A stretch of DNA of 59,400 bases, filler included, from Basidiobolus ranarum (GCA_040143965.1; 8 parts of 8 records of this genome joined end to end with filler, not necessarily neighbours in it), one strand, 5' to 3'; numbered from the whole stretch's first letter, positions 25,164 through 37,213 are shown. The notes: generated from the sequence alone by a model not told the origin. Numbers and translations: made by a program.

Positions 25164-26999
25164 CTAGGCCATGTTCAATGAGGCAAGTTGTGCTTGACAT
25201 TCGATGATCTATAGAAAGTATTAGATATGCTGTGGATGGTTGTAGTGAATCTGTTTAACATTACCTCAAGTGCTTGCTTAACCTCAAGATGGACGCGAGC
25301 AGAGGCGATCCAATCCTTAGCAATGTTCTTTGGCCATCCCTTCAACTGATTGAATTCACGAGTGGCAGTTTCCAAATCATTCTCTCTGAGATAATACTCA
25401 ACACGAGCGAGGATCGATTCAACATCCTCTCCTTCGACTAACCCTTGCTTCTTAAACATCAACTTGGACAAGAATACAGACATGAGATGTGACACAAAGC
25501 CACCATCTTCAGGGATAAGAGAGGCGCGTCTGACTTCTTTGCTGACAACTTGGAAACGTTCGAGAAGATCGGGCAATGAATCAATGCCAGTTTCTTTAAC
25601 ATGTTCACTAATTGATCTAGCAACAGTGGAGATCAAAGGAAATTGTGCCCCAAGCTTGCTAACAACGGAAACCTCATCAGTAAAGGGTGTTTTGTGTGGT
25701 TGGTTGATTGCGGCATGAAGAGCTTGGACTGCACATAACAATTGGTTCACACGAGCGCTTCGTTCGATGTAAGAATCATTATCGAAGCAAATTGACTCCA
25801 ACCCATTCAAACGAGACATGATTTGATCAATATTGGAAAGGCGTCCACCTCTTTCTTTATCTAAACGAATTTGAAGCTCTCTACTCCAGCGTCTTTCGAA
25901 GTCGTTAGCTTGCTTTTCCAAAGACTTAGAAAGTTGGCTGAAATACTCTTTCTTCAATTCATTCTTCTCCTTGGAATACCGTTCCTTCAAGTGTGCTTGA
26001 AGATCAGCAAGTTGTTGGGCAGCCGAATCTTTCTGCTTCTCTAAAGTCTCGGTAAAGTGCTTGGTTTGCTTTTCTATCTCCTCTTGAAGTGCTATTTTCT
26101 CATTCTCTTTAAGAGAAGTGATATGGTTTTGAAGTTCCTGAATGGCTTCTTTAGCTTTTTGAACTAGACCAATATGGTTTTCTTTGGTGAAAGTATCATC
26201 ATTCATTGATTTGAGGACATCGTTGATATTGCTCAAAACTTTGTTGACGGTAGGGTCTTCTGATTCAAATTTGGGAACATCAAACAAGGCACTCTTGATT
26301 TTTCTGAAAGTTTCTCCAGCATCTTCTACAGCATGGCTAAGCGCCTCGGCAGGAGGACGGATAGTGACATCTTCTTGTGTGTCAGTAACGATGGTAGAAG
26401 TGGGAATGAATGCAGGTTGCGAGATAGCAGTGGCTTCGGATTGGATCGAGATCTTTGGAATAGAGATATCATCTTTAGGGAAGCCGTACTGAGGCTCCTC
26501 TGTCTTTCTAAGCTTATCAATCATCTGTTTAGCATCGCTGGTGTATTCAGCGAGTTTGTTATACAATTGGCTTCCATATTCAGGAAGTTTCTTGGCTTCA
26601 CTTTGGAGGCGACCCAATGGGTCTTTTTCGAGTTCGATCTCTCTAACAAAATTCTTAGCACCAGGTACATTCTCGGTAAATACTTTTCTGAAGTTCTCGT
26701 CTTTCAAAGAATAAAAACTAGACCCAACATAACCGGCTCCTCCTAATACAGTCAAAAGTGATACAGTCTTCAATAAAGAGCCTTTCTTCTTTGGAGCTAC
26801 TGGGGTAACCGTTGGAGGGGTGGTAGCTTCAGTTGTATAGGCCTAAGGGAGAATACGTGGTTTATTTAATACTGAAATATTTCTCGAGAATCAGTTGTTA
26901 ATGTACCTTTCTAAGACCCTGTACTCGACGGGTATGTGCTTTGAGAGTAGCTTGAGAAGCTAAAGATCTCTTTGCGGGAACTTGAACACCTCTGATCAT
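25164..26999 (-). CDS. MIC60: MICOS subunit Mic60 (mitofilin), 3 exons
   Basis: Presequence exon, single TM segment, coiled coil, and mitofilin domain (G.DVESILARVEYYL, FNQLKGWPK.IAKDWI..AR..LEVKQALE). Confidence 0.93.
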
Positions 27000-27463
27000 C
27001 TTCAATTATCTAGAGAGCATGAAATATTCAGCAAGCTTATTCAATTGGAATAAGGAATTCACACCAAGACATATAATGAATTTTAAAAAAATATTTACCC
27101 CAAGTTAACAAGTGATAACAAGAAAGTCAGCTTTCCTCGAGAATGGAGTGAGTAATCCCGTCGTGTAATTGAATTCTTTATTGGGGGAAACCAATTTTGG
27201 GGCATAAAATAGCAAATCAATCTGACTGAAGCTACTGAAAATCTCGCTCAAATATCTCTTATTTTTCTTGTTGCCCCGCATAATTGACCCAAACTTTATG
27301 TTGTCAACCCTTGAATTATATTTACTTTGAACCGAATTGATTAGTATGTAGTTTAAACGGACGAGCTTTATTCAAATTCAATGAATAGTAAAAAATCGCT
27401 AGTAGTTGAATCATACTATCAATCCACTATATAATACCTCAATCATGTATTATTAAAGGTAAA

Positions 27464-28059
27464 TTAGGAGGTGCAGCCACGACAAGCACCTGGAAAAACA
27501 TGAGTGCCACCACCTACATTTAATGAACCAACTAGAGAAAAGGAGTTAGCTTATGCTTAATAAAGAGAAGATAAAATACTCACTGGTAGCGCCAAAATCG
27601 TTAGAATTATAAGGAGCCTAATAATGGATATAGTGTTAATGAAATTGCATGACTAAATGTATTTCATAAACATTTTATACCTTTGGGCGTAAGTAAGCCT
27701 TTTTATCAGTTGCCTTTTCTTTTATAAGAGTTTCCTCTTTATTCTTTGGATTCTGGAGCTTGGTGACAGCTGCTTTTTTGAGTTTATCAAGTTCGTTTTT
27801 CCTTCCTTGAGGCATTTCTATTTATGAAAGTAAAATAAATTCAAAGGCGTGTGGTGAGAAAAACATATCCAGAGTAGTTTTATATTTGATTCATTCTACA
27901 CTTACCTCCTCCGATTGTGTAAGGAAACCATTGTTTGAGTTTAGGTAGCAAAGCAAAATGCCATAGCAGCAGTGCAAAAAGTACGTAGTAGCCGTAATTC
28001 TCTAGAAAGTCAACAAACTGATACCATACTCTATTGTAAGGAAGTTCTACAACTGCCAT
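27464..28059 (-). CDS. Selenoprotein S/K-like single-pass protein with C-terminal CxxC (130 aa, 4 exons)
   Basis: Exons 28059-27906, 27817-27681, 27617-27584, 27531-27464 splice in frame. FLENYGYY plus TM segment, Lys-rich coil, then LRPKAPYN and a Gly-rich tail ending GACRGCTS*. Confidence 0.7.
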
Positions 28060-28408
28060 TATTGCTTGTAATTTGCTGAATGTAGTATAGATAATTTGTA
28101 CAGTAAACGCAGTCAAAATGTAATAAGTCAAAGTATTAGATATAGGAGACCATCAAAACAATCATAACTTGAGCATGCATGCACTGGTAGTGATTAGTAA
28201 CAAATGAGTGACTGACTACGATATACGCTAATAAATACCTAAAACATTTGCTTAACAAAGTTTATTGGAAATCAAATACTGAATATCAAGAAAAGCAATT
28301 ATAAAAAATTATCCGAAAATTGTATCTTCACTCAATCTTCTATCTGAATGTGAGATTGTAATACCATCATTTTTGACACAGCTCGACTTGAAACCAAGCT
28401 GCTCTCAA

Positions 28409-29397
28409 ATGGAGAACTCCAACTTTAATGAAGAGACTAGAGCAGCACGCTTGCGTCGCTGGTTAGGAACCGATGAAACTTTAGAAACTCCTACATGTAC
28501 TGTACATTCATCTAGCCAAATACTAGATGATATACATTCTCCACAAAACATTTCTATGTATGGCTTCTTCCTCGGATGTTGGTTTACCATAGGTTTGGGA
28601 ATCTTGTGTTTTACAAGCTTTTGGCATTTGGGAGGATATATTCTATGTCTTTCCGTATTCCACCATCTAGAATATCTCCTTACAGCACTTTACAAACCGG
28701 AAAATTTACAGTTAGATTGTAAGCACTTTTAGAATGTACTTTATTATTTTCTTTCCTCTCACTATTGTGGTTTCAATAGCTTACTTACTAAGCCATAGTA
28801 CCGCTTATATGGCAGCAATATTTTCGGGGATTTTCGAATATCTTATTGAGAAAATTCTATTTCCTGCTTTCAAAGGGTCCGCTCTAGTATGTACAACTGG
28901 TAAGTTATTTCGTAGAGGCTTTAGAAAATTGATTTTTTTAACCACCCGAAAACATAGGCGTTCTGTTGATCGTTGTTGGTCAGGTAATACGGACACTTGC
29001 TATGCATACAGCCAAATCGAACTTTAATCACCAAATTGTTGATCATAAATCCCGAGAACATACATTAGTAACTTGGGGAATTTACAGGTAAATTTATTAT
29101 TCACTGAAGTTAATTTGTTTCTTGTGATTAAGACGGCACAACGTCTATTTAAGATTTCTACGACACCCAAGCTACTTTGGGTTCTACGTGTGGGCAGTGG
29201 GAATGCAATTACTTCTATCCAACCCTATCAGTCTTGGTCTATATCTTTACGCGTTGAACAGATTCTTTGCTGGTCGTATTGTTTATGAAGAGCGTACGCT
29301 AAATCGATTCTTTGGCCAAAGGTATAAGGTGTATTGTGAAAATACATGGACATGGCTACCGCTGATATATCCCAGCTCTAGTCAATCAACTGAATAG
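28409..29397 (+). CDS. STE14: Isoprenylcysteine carboxyl methyltransferase, 4 exons
   Basis: FHHLEYLLTA, GQVIRTLAMHTAKSNFNHQI, H.LVTWGIY, LRHPSYFGFYVW, RIVYEE. Confidence 0.92.
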
Positions 29398-29582
29398 TTA
29401 TCACCGAAACCATCGTATTACTAAATAAATACTAATAATTCAATAATTGCTCAATCATAAAATTATATCTCAAAGAATGAAGTTCAACAATCAGTTTTAT
29501 TGCGTAAAGCCCAGCTTAATCACATTTTCATAATATACATGAGCATAAACTTCATAATCATTTATGTCCTCACTGAGGATAT

Positions 29583-29681
29583 CTAGCAGTTGATTTGCTT
29601 CCAGGTGACCTTGACACGGCCATCATCTAAGTCGGCTATCTTCTTGAATGCTGAAGGTGTGAGATCAATGTCTCCGCTACG
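29583..29681 (-). CDS. RlpA-like/DPBB (expansin-related) protein, C-terminal end only
   Basis: SGDIDLTPSAFKKIADLDDGRVKVTWKQINC*. Cut by a linker. Confidence 0.8.
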   Translation of the reverse strand, partial: RSGDIDLTPSAFKKIADLDDGRVKVTWKQINC

Positions 29682-29781
29682 NNNNNNNNNNNNNNNNNNN
29701 NNNNNNNNNNNNNNNNNNNNNNNNNTTAATTAATTAANNNNNNNNNNNNNNNNNNNNNNNNNNNNNNNNNNNNNNNNNNNN
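29682..29781. other. Artificial contig linker
   Basis: N44-TTAATTAATTAA-N44. Confidence 0.99.
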
Positions 29782-30426
29782 CCCGACATCATAACTTACA
29801 ACACCTTGCTTAAGGGATATCTCATGCACAGTGAATTTGAGAAAAGAGATCAGGTCTATCAGGAAACCATCTCAACTTCACAGCCTGACATAATCACCTT
29901 TAATACGTTGATTGAGGGATACTCGGTGAGAACTTTAGATCAAGCAGTGGGATGGATTGGAGAAGTGTAAAGGCGAAACCTGGACCCAAATTGCAGCACG
30001 TACAATTCGATTATGAACAGCTATCTCAAAATCAATCGACCTCAGAAATCGTTGGAATATTACGAAGTCTTGAAGAGAATCCAACCAACTTACATCACCT
30101 ATGGCATTTTGATGAATTGTCATAGTTATTTGCGCAAACATCCCGAAGTAGTCTCCTTATGGTCCAAAGCCGTAGAGACGTTTCCTTTGTACACACTCAA
30201 TGGAGCCCTGTCAGTAGTACTAGACTCTTATGGATATCATCCCACTGCTAGCGAATTGCGTACATTCTGGTCGAATTAAAAGAGCGGGACTTTCCGTTCT
30301 TGGAAAACAATCCAAGTGTGTATATTGAAAGACTCTGTCATCTTGGGGATATCGCGTACAGCATCAAGGTATTTTGGACCGAGTGTAAGCAACGTAAATT
30401 AGAGCCTAGCGAGAAAACCGTCGAAA
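29782..30426 (+). pseudogene. Pentatricopeptide-repeat (PPR) protein pseudogene fragment
   Basis: PPR starts PDIITYNTLLKGY, PDIITFNTLIEGY, PNCSTYNSIMNSY, PTYITYGILMNCH. In-frame TAA at ~29968 and a frameshift at ~30275. Ends at LEPSEKTV. Confidence 0.85.
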
Positions 30427-30836
30427 ACCCCTATTTTTGCTTTCGGGAATGGCATGAAGGGAAGGGACTCATCAAAGATCAACGGGCATCAAGTAGGCCT
30501 AACTGGAAGCCTATATCGCCTCTTAAAGTGCCGAGAGAAAGAAAGAGGGCTTTTGGTTATATATGATGACGAATTTCGGACGTCAAAGGTAAAGTTGAAC
30601 AAAATGGCCTTTATTGTTATAAACTAATAACGTCTGTGAGTTAGGTTTGCCACTCCTGCCAGCAAGCAGACTTGACTCCTGCGTTTATCGGTCTAATTAG
30701 CGTCCTAGCTTGCCAAAGCTGTGGGATGATCTGGAACCGAGATGTAAATGCTGCGTAAAATATTTATGATATCTCTAATGAGATACTCAATGAACGAGTT
30801 CAACTACTTCCTTTTTGGCGTTCGCGCCACATTTAA
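30427..30836 (+). mobile_element. Fanzor (eukaryotic TnpB-like) nuclease C-terminal fragment with a 56-bp intron, pseudogenised
   Basis: Exon 30427-30588: TPIFAFGNGMKGRDSSKINGHQVGLTGSLYRLLKCREKERGLLVIYDDEFRTSK. Intron 30589-30644 (GTAAAG, CTAAT branch, TTAG). Exon 30645-30836: VCHSC...VLACQSCGMIWNRDVNAA*NIYDI. Confidence 0.85.
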
Positions 30837-31203
30837 TCGCTGTATCAAACACAGTTTTCACTCCTCCATCAGATATATCGACTATTTTTGATGTATTATT
30901 AATATCACATTACAGAAAACAATTGAAGTCCAAAGCGATTTGTGCACACTATAAAGCAAAATATAAGGTGTTGTGAAAGAAAAGCAAAGCAAAGCAAATT
31001 ACAATAAAATACATATACATGTCAAGTACGAATACACATCAAAATACTAGTGCACGGAGGAGCAGAAAAGTAAGTCAAAATTAGGAAGATACTATACGAA
31101 AGAGGATACTAGAACAAATACAAGAGCGAACCAAAATATAAGACTATCAGACAAAAAACTAAGACCACCTCACATAGTAAGAATAAAAGGGTTTCAAAGA
31201 GCA

Positions 31204-32277
31204 TCAAGTGCTGGAGCACCCTTTGATCAGGTGTCGATGCAAACCGTCTTTTCTTGAGAAATTCTTTTGACAGCTAGGGCATTGGTGGGGCCTTTCACCT
31301 TTATGTACCGTAGCTAGATGGCGACTCAAATCGTGTTTGCGACCAAATGATTTTGGACATTCAGGGCAGTCGAAAGGACGTGCCAACTTCGGGTCGTGTC
31401 CGCGTATGTGCACATTTAAATTGAATTTACGTGCAAAATGTAGTCCACATACATCGCATCCGTATCTTTTATCCTTGGATCCAGACGATTTAACTGAAGC
31501 TATATGAGCTACCGTCTCAAACTGCGAATGTGTTGTTGAAATCAACTGGTGTTCCTGACCATTGGATTGAAGGGAGCACTTTGTCGACTGCCTTTTTGCG
31601 TTGAAGGAAGATATTTCTTCTAATGGCGCGATTAATGCTGGGTGTTTATCTTCGCAAGAGATATCATCGTCGACATGGAATGAACCGCCTTTGCAATAAA
31701 GCGAAAAATCAAGCGAGGTGTGTGGAGTATTGTCTGGATGTATACTATTTGATCCAAAGGTACTCTGATCGAACTCTACTCTAGGAGTTAGGAATGGTGT
31801 AGATTGTACCGAATTGATATCGTAAGAATTGATTTGTGGTGTAGATAGTGTAGGCATTGAGTCTGGAGGATAAAATGGAGTCAAAGGAGAGTAGGGACTA
31901 AAAGGCTGTGCAAAGTTAATTTTTAGTTCGTGGTGTTGAGATGCGCAGGAATTCGTGAAAGACGTCATAAAATGCACGTCAGCAGAGGCTAACTGAGTCG
32001 CAGTTCTAGAGGTAAGTGAAGCATCGGATATAAATGAGGTTTGTGACGGAAGCTTTGGTTGTCTTCGAAATGTTGTAGTTTTTGACGATATCTTTGAGGT
32101 AACAGGCTGAGAACCAAGTTCTGTCTCATGATCGAACAACGTAAAGTCGTTGTTAAAAGTAGGATGACCCGAAATTTTGCTTTTGCGTATAACTGTGGTG
32201 TTGTTTAGTTTACTGCACATATTCGTAGGATTTGTGTTAGCTGATATTGTAAAAAAACGGTCATCAAAAGGCACCAT
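31204..32277 (-). CDS. C2H2 zinc-finger transcription factor (three C-terminal fingers), intronless
   Basis: CDVC...HIRGH, CPEC...HLATVH, CPSC...H with GERP linker. Start uncertain; the frame is open to 32460. Confidence 0.88.
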   Translation of the reverse strand: MVPFDDRFFTISANTNPTNMCSKLNNTTVIRKSKISGHPTFNNDFTLFDHETELGSQPVTSKISSKTTTFRRQPKLPSQTSFISDASLTSRTATQLASADVHFMTSFTNSCASQHHELKINFAQPFSPYSPLTPFYPPDSMPTLSTPQINSYDINSVQSTPFLTPRVEFDQSTFGSNSIHPDNTPHTSLDFSLYCKGGSFHVDDDISCEDKHPALIAPLEEISSFNAKRQSTKCSLQSNGQEHQLISTTHSQFETVAHIASVKSSGSKDKRYGCDVCGLHFARKFNLNVHIRGHDPKLARPFDCPECPKSFGRKHDLSRHLATVHKGERPHQCPSCQKNFSRKDGLHRHLIKGCSST

Positions 32278-32907
32278 GCTCAGAGAGCGTGAAGGTGAGT
32301 AAATACTTGAGTCCAGTAGGGAATAGAGAAAACAAACGTGGCAATAACAGTCTTGTGTGTACAAAGTCAAAATAGAATAAGTATCAGTCGATCCGGAGAT
32401 ACGAGGCCATTTAAACAAATTGACAAGTTTTGACATTCGATTGGCTAGACCCATATTCAAGAATTGGGTGACAGTGGAATAAGAGATAGTTAAAGGTGCA
32501 TATAGAGATATTGAGGCATTGAGACATTACTAAACATAGTATCAAATCATTCACCTTTCAAAAATGAAGTCAATCAGATCAGTAATATTTGTAAGAACAT
32601 CCAATAATAAACAGTGACACCATGTCTTATACTCTTCCACCATACAAAGGTTAATATTGTTATTGAGGCTCTATGTGACCATTATTATCGCATGATCTGA
32701 CCCCGTTATTGATGGACTGAATGTATCGAGATGGTAAGTGAATGTATATCTATTTTACTTTATTTTGATTATTAGGCTTAACAAATTGTTTATTGTGAAC
32801 TCACAAATCATCGCAAATTTCCCAACTGTTTTTATTTCGACCTTGATGAGCAAATATAGAAAAAACCAATTACTGTATCTTTCACAAACATAGAATTTAG
32901 CTCTCTA

Positions 32908-34152
32908 ATGATGACCAGCGAGAAAAAACGAAAGTTTGAAAACGGCGAGTATCCTCAGAAAACAAACGTTAAAACACCAAAGATCCCTGGTCAAAAATTT
33001 TATGCAGTTCATCGCGGGAGACAACCTGGAATTTATCACACATGGTTATAAAACTTCCAATTCTTGTTGAATCTTTAAGTAATTTATTAACGTGCTAGAT
33101 CCAACTATCATATATTCAGGCCAGAATGCCAGGCGCAGATCCTTGGATATACTGGCGCCATTTATAAGAAATTTGATTCCCAAGCAGAGGCAGAAGATTT
33201 TGTTAAGAATGGTTGGCGTGCCAAAGGTTTAAAGCCCAAAATTAAAGGTACCTGCTAGTTCTACCTTAAGTTGCAGATTTTCTTGTGTGGCCTATTCTTA
33301 TCCAGACCATTTACAGAACAAATCAAGGCTCCCCCAGTGCCTGTGGAAGAAGATGAATGTAAGGTCACTTTAAATACTGTTATTACATAAGCGCTCTTTT
33401 TCTTGCTTATCTTGCAATCTTAACTATGATGACTGAACCAGTCGACCTAATTTTTATTTATTAAAGCTGACTATACCATTGTATATACTGACGGCAGTAG
33501 CCGCGGAAATGGTAAGGACCACTGTCGTGCTGGAGTTGGTGTTTATTTCGGCGAAAAAGATCCTAGGTACATATGTTTTTGCTTTATCTCGCGATGTATA
33601 TGTTCTAAGCCTTAATAGAAATGTAAGCGAGCGATTGCTGGGAAAGCAAACAAATCAGCGTGCCGAGGTTACGGTATGCCATCTTTTTCTTAGAGCTTTG
33701 ACCAATAACCATTTCTCAACGACATTTCTTGGTTCAGGCAGCCATTAGAGCAATTGAAAAAGTCGGAGATGATAAGCAACCTTTAGAGATCCGCACTGAT
33801 AGCCAATATTTGATTAAGGGTATCTAAATCGTTTATGTAGCTATATATTAATTCATTGTATTGAATGATGACACTCCTCAGCTATAACCTCTTGGATTCA
33901 TAACTGGAAGAAGCGTGGATGGGTTACTGTCGAAGATAAAAGCGTTGAAAACAAAGATTTATTTATGAAACTCGATGAGTTGATAAACCAAAGACCGGGT
34001 CCTGTCCGCTTTGTAAGGTTTTCTAAATTCTTCGAATATTGAAACAGCTCACATACTATTTGTAATCTTAGAAACATGTCAAGGCACACATTGGAATCCC
34101 TGGCAACGAAGCGGCCGATATGTTAGCAAATGCCGGAGCTACACTAAATTAG
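32908..34152 (+). CDS. RNH1: Ribonuclease H1, multi-exon (a tiny upstream ATG exon at 32731 is possible)
   Basis: Hybrid-binding domain [16 protein letters not shown]. Catalytic motifs [43 protein letters not shown]. Confidence 0.93.
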
Positions 34153-34838
34153 ATTGACAGTACGTTCACACTCTCTTGGTATTATCACTACTCGCCAGTC
34201 TGCATTATATTCCAATGTACTCCATCGATAGCTCGGAATTTGATGTAAATAAAACTATTTCCAGTATATATTTGAAACAATTTGCGTGGCGGTCAGCTCA
34301 AACACGAAATTATCCGATTTATGGTTTTTCATGATGGACTGGGATCTTGCACCTGTATTATGATGCCATGTGATCATTGATTTTCGTCTCTTTATATTCT
34401 TTTTCCATTATCTTTATTGTGGCCAATCATTATAATGAGAATTTTACTATCGCATACGGAACTTAATTGCCATCAATCCGTGAGGAAGAAATATTTAGGT
34501 CCAACCAGAAGGGATTAGTTGATTCATCATGTTCCAAGAATTTGTGGCCTACTATAATTTGTCAAAACATCGCATATTCTCTCACTTTACTCCTTTTCTC
34601 TAATCTTGTATTTTACACTGGAATTTTTACCATCCTTGACACAAACATTCCTATTCCATTCTGCACTTTTCTTTGACGGGCTCAACACGTTCATTACTAC
34701 ATTCGATAGATGTCTATTTTTTGAAAGCTCCCTATTGAAACACCACAATCTTTGATCAGTCGCCAGTTTCTCTGTTAACCTATTTCTGGTTACCAATTGT
34801 GTCTTTTATTAGTCACCATCTTTACTCAAATTTTCACA

Positions 34839-35510
34839 ATGTTATTCCAAAAATGCAATAATAGTTCCCTTAATGGGCAAAAGAAAAGTACTGCTTCCAC
34901 TTCCCCTTGTATTTCAATAGCCCCTCTTTTCCCCCGTCTTACAAAAACCTTTCTTGGATGTAAAGAAGCTTCAAAAATCAAAGGCTGTGAGATGCCTCAT
35001 AGTTGTGCACTGGCCCCCACGCTGTCTCGCCTATGGCGCAATTTATTCCCCAAAGGGATTTCTCCCATGCAACGATTATATGCGGAGCCTTATAATTCTG
35101 TAAACAAGTCAAATTACTTGCATAATGTGGCAGAATCCACCGGTTTGGCTGCGCTTGGTCATAATCATCTCGGATTTACCGCTCAAAGACTCTACCAAAT
35201 TAATCCGACTTCTTCTCTTAATCCTACTCAACACAACTCCAGTGAGCATGCTTCTGAGTATGACTTTTTTGCACATAATAGAGAGAATGCAGATATTCCA
35301 TGGGAGGATTTCCAATTATATGATTCCGATTCTGAATCGGACAGCGGTAATGAAAGCTCACTATTTGCACCCATGTTTGCACCACTAAGTGAGGTACATC
35401 AAGCTCGCCCAATCCACGAAGAAAAATGGGAGAGACACAGTCGCACATCTAGTTCGAACCCGGAAACCGAACAAGGTAATAGAAGAAGAGGATTTTTACA
35501 TACCGATTGA
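34839..35510 (+). CDS. Hypothetical protein
   Basis: 224-codon ATG-initiated ORF with an acidic/Ser stretch. No recognised motif. Confidence 0.4.
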   Translation: MLFQKCNNSSLNGQKKSTASTSPCISIAPLFPRLTKTFLGCKEASKIKGCEMPHSCALAPTLSRLWRNLFPKGISPMQRLYAEPYNSVNKSNYLHNVAESTGLAALGHNHLGFTAQRLYQINPTSSLNPTQHNSSEHASEYDFFAHNRENADIPWEDFQLYDSDSESDSGNESSLFAPMFAPLSEVHQARPIHEEKWERHSRTSSSNPETEQGNRRRGFLHTD

Positions 35511-36266
35511 GGCAGCTTGAATTTTTTGTATTGTTCGGGATTCACTGACTCTAAAACTTCTAATATTTGATTTATTCTACGTTGTACGCAGTTATTCCCA
35601 AATTTCTTTTTTGATTTTCAAAGCATATAGTTTTGCTGTGTTTAATTGTCCTTTGGTCAGTTTCCGGTCCTTTTACATTTAAGAAATTTTATCAACATAA
35701 CACAAAATATATATACATAAATATGTAGTAAACCATTATGTTTAGGGAATACTGGCTTTTCCTTTCGTTTTCATCGATCACGAGTTGTCATTTTGTGGTC
35801 ATTCTACCAAATAAACATACTATTTGATCAACCTTCTCGCGTGCTCCAATCACACACATTGATGAGAAATAGCCTTGTTGACTTAATGTCCATGTATACC
35901 AAGGGTTGGGCGTGACTGAGGTTTGGTGCAATGATTTTCGTATATTTAGCAGAGTTACGTGTTGTCGAACACATTGAATTGACCAGTTTGTAACATTTGC
36001 TGTCACATATAATACTGGATGTCATAAGATCGACAATACGAAACATTAGAGCCGCTGAAATATCCCCTACCCCTTTTGCGCTTACCTGAAACGTAACCAT
36101 CTTCATTTTTCTGACGTGAAAGCCTACTGAGCTGCCAACTCTTTCGTTCTTTTTCGTAAGCATAGACCTTGACTCTTAAAAACCAAGGTGATATCGACTC
36201 TTTTTGTTTGCAAGTCCGTTAGACCCTTATCGCTAATAGAAACTGCTCTGCTCAATTTTGTTTAAT

Positions 36267-37113
36267 ATGCCTACGCATAACCCCACCACACATCCCCCAA
36301 ATCCCATTTCTAACACAACAGAGGAAGTCACGAAACCTGATAAATACACCATACTTGAAAATCCGGAGTTCAGCAGTTCAGATCCTAATGATCTAACCAC
36401 TTTGAGGATAGATAAAGTCAGACTGACAGAGGAATTGGAGACTATTAAGGTAAAATTACTCAAGGAAAGAGACGAGCGCTTAAGACTTCACTTTGAAAAC
36501 GAAAGGGCTCAGAAACGCTCGCAAGAGCTTGAAGAATTGTTACTTTCTAGAGAAAACCGAATAACTTCCCTTGAAAATGATTTGAAAGTTCTAAACAGCA
36601 AGTATGTGGACGAGATTGAGAAGGTTTCGGAATTAAATTTGGCGAAACAACTGGTGGAAGGAGAGTACGTGGAGTTAAGTAGCTCCTTGTTTGAGCAGGC
36701 TAATGGCATGGTCGCTTCTGAAGCTAGACAAAGATTTGAGCTTGAAAGAGTAAATAAAGCCCTGGAGAGTCAACTGGCTGAGATCAGAGAGCGGTTGAGT
36801 AATGAGGTTTCCCAATTAAGAGAGTTGAAAGAAAAATTACAGATCAGTACAAACGTGCAACCAAACTCGAATACAGTTAAATGCTCAAAGTGTGGTGACG
36901 AGGACATTGGTTTGGGCATCAACCTAAGCCTCAATCCAAGTGGAGGTGATGCTGACGAAATGGACATATATTCAAGATTATTGAACGAGTTCGAGGCATT
37001 TTTAGCACGCGGCAGTGATCCTACTATGAATCGAATTTACGGAATTCCTTATATGAAACGATGCTTAGAGGAAGACATAGAGCCTTGTTTAAGACTAGGT
37101 AATTATTCAAACT
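36267..37113 (+). CDS. SEC2: Rab GEF Sec2-like protein, 3' truncated at a linker
   Basis: Coiled coil with ELSSSLFEQANGMVASEAR, plus PYMKRCLEEDIEPCLR. Confidence 0.88.
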
Positions 37114-37213
37114 NNNNNNNNNNNNNNNNNNNNNNNNNNNNNNNNNNNNNNNNNNNNTTAATTAATTAANNNNNNNNNNNNNNNNNNNNNNNNNNNNNNN
37201 NNNNNNNNNNNNN
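37114..37213. other. Artificial contig linker
   Basis: N44-TTAATTAATTAA-N44. Confidence 0.99.

Noticed and set aside
25464-26746. Plus-strand ORFs overlapping MIC60 (likewise those opposite amine oxidase, the GPCR, SEC2 and nitrilase)
   Set aside because: Antisense or alternate-frame shadows of well-supported genes.
27464-27531. Selenocysteine insertion in the SelS/K-like gene
   Set aside because: No in-frame TGA. Both redox positions are Cys codons and the stop is TAA.
30427-30836. An active Fanzor system at this locus
   Set aside because: RuvC-I and the N-terminal lobe are missing and there is a premature stop, so it is reported only as a relic.
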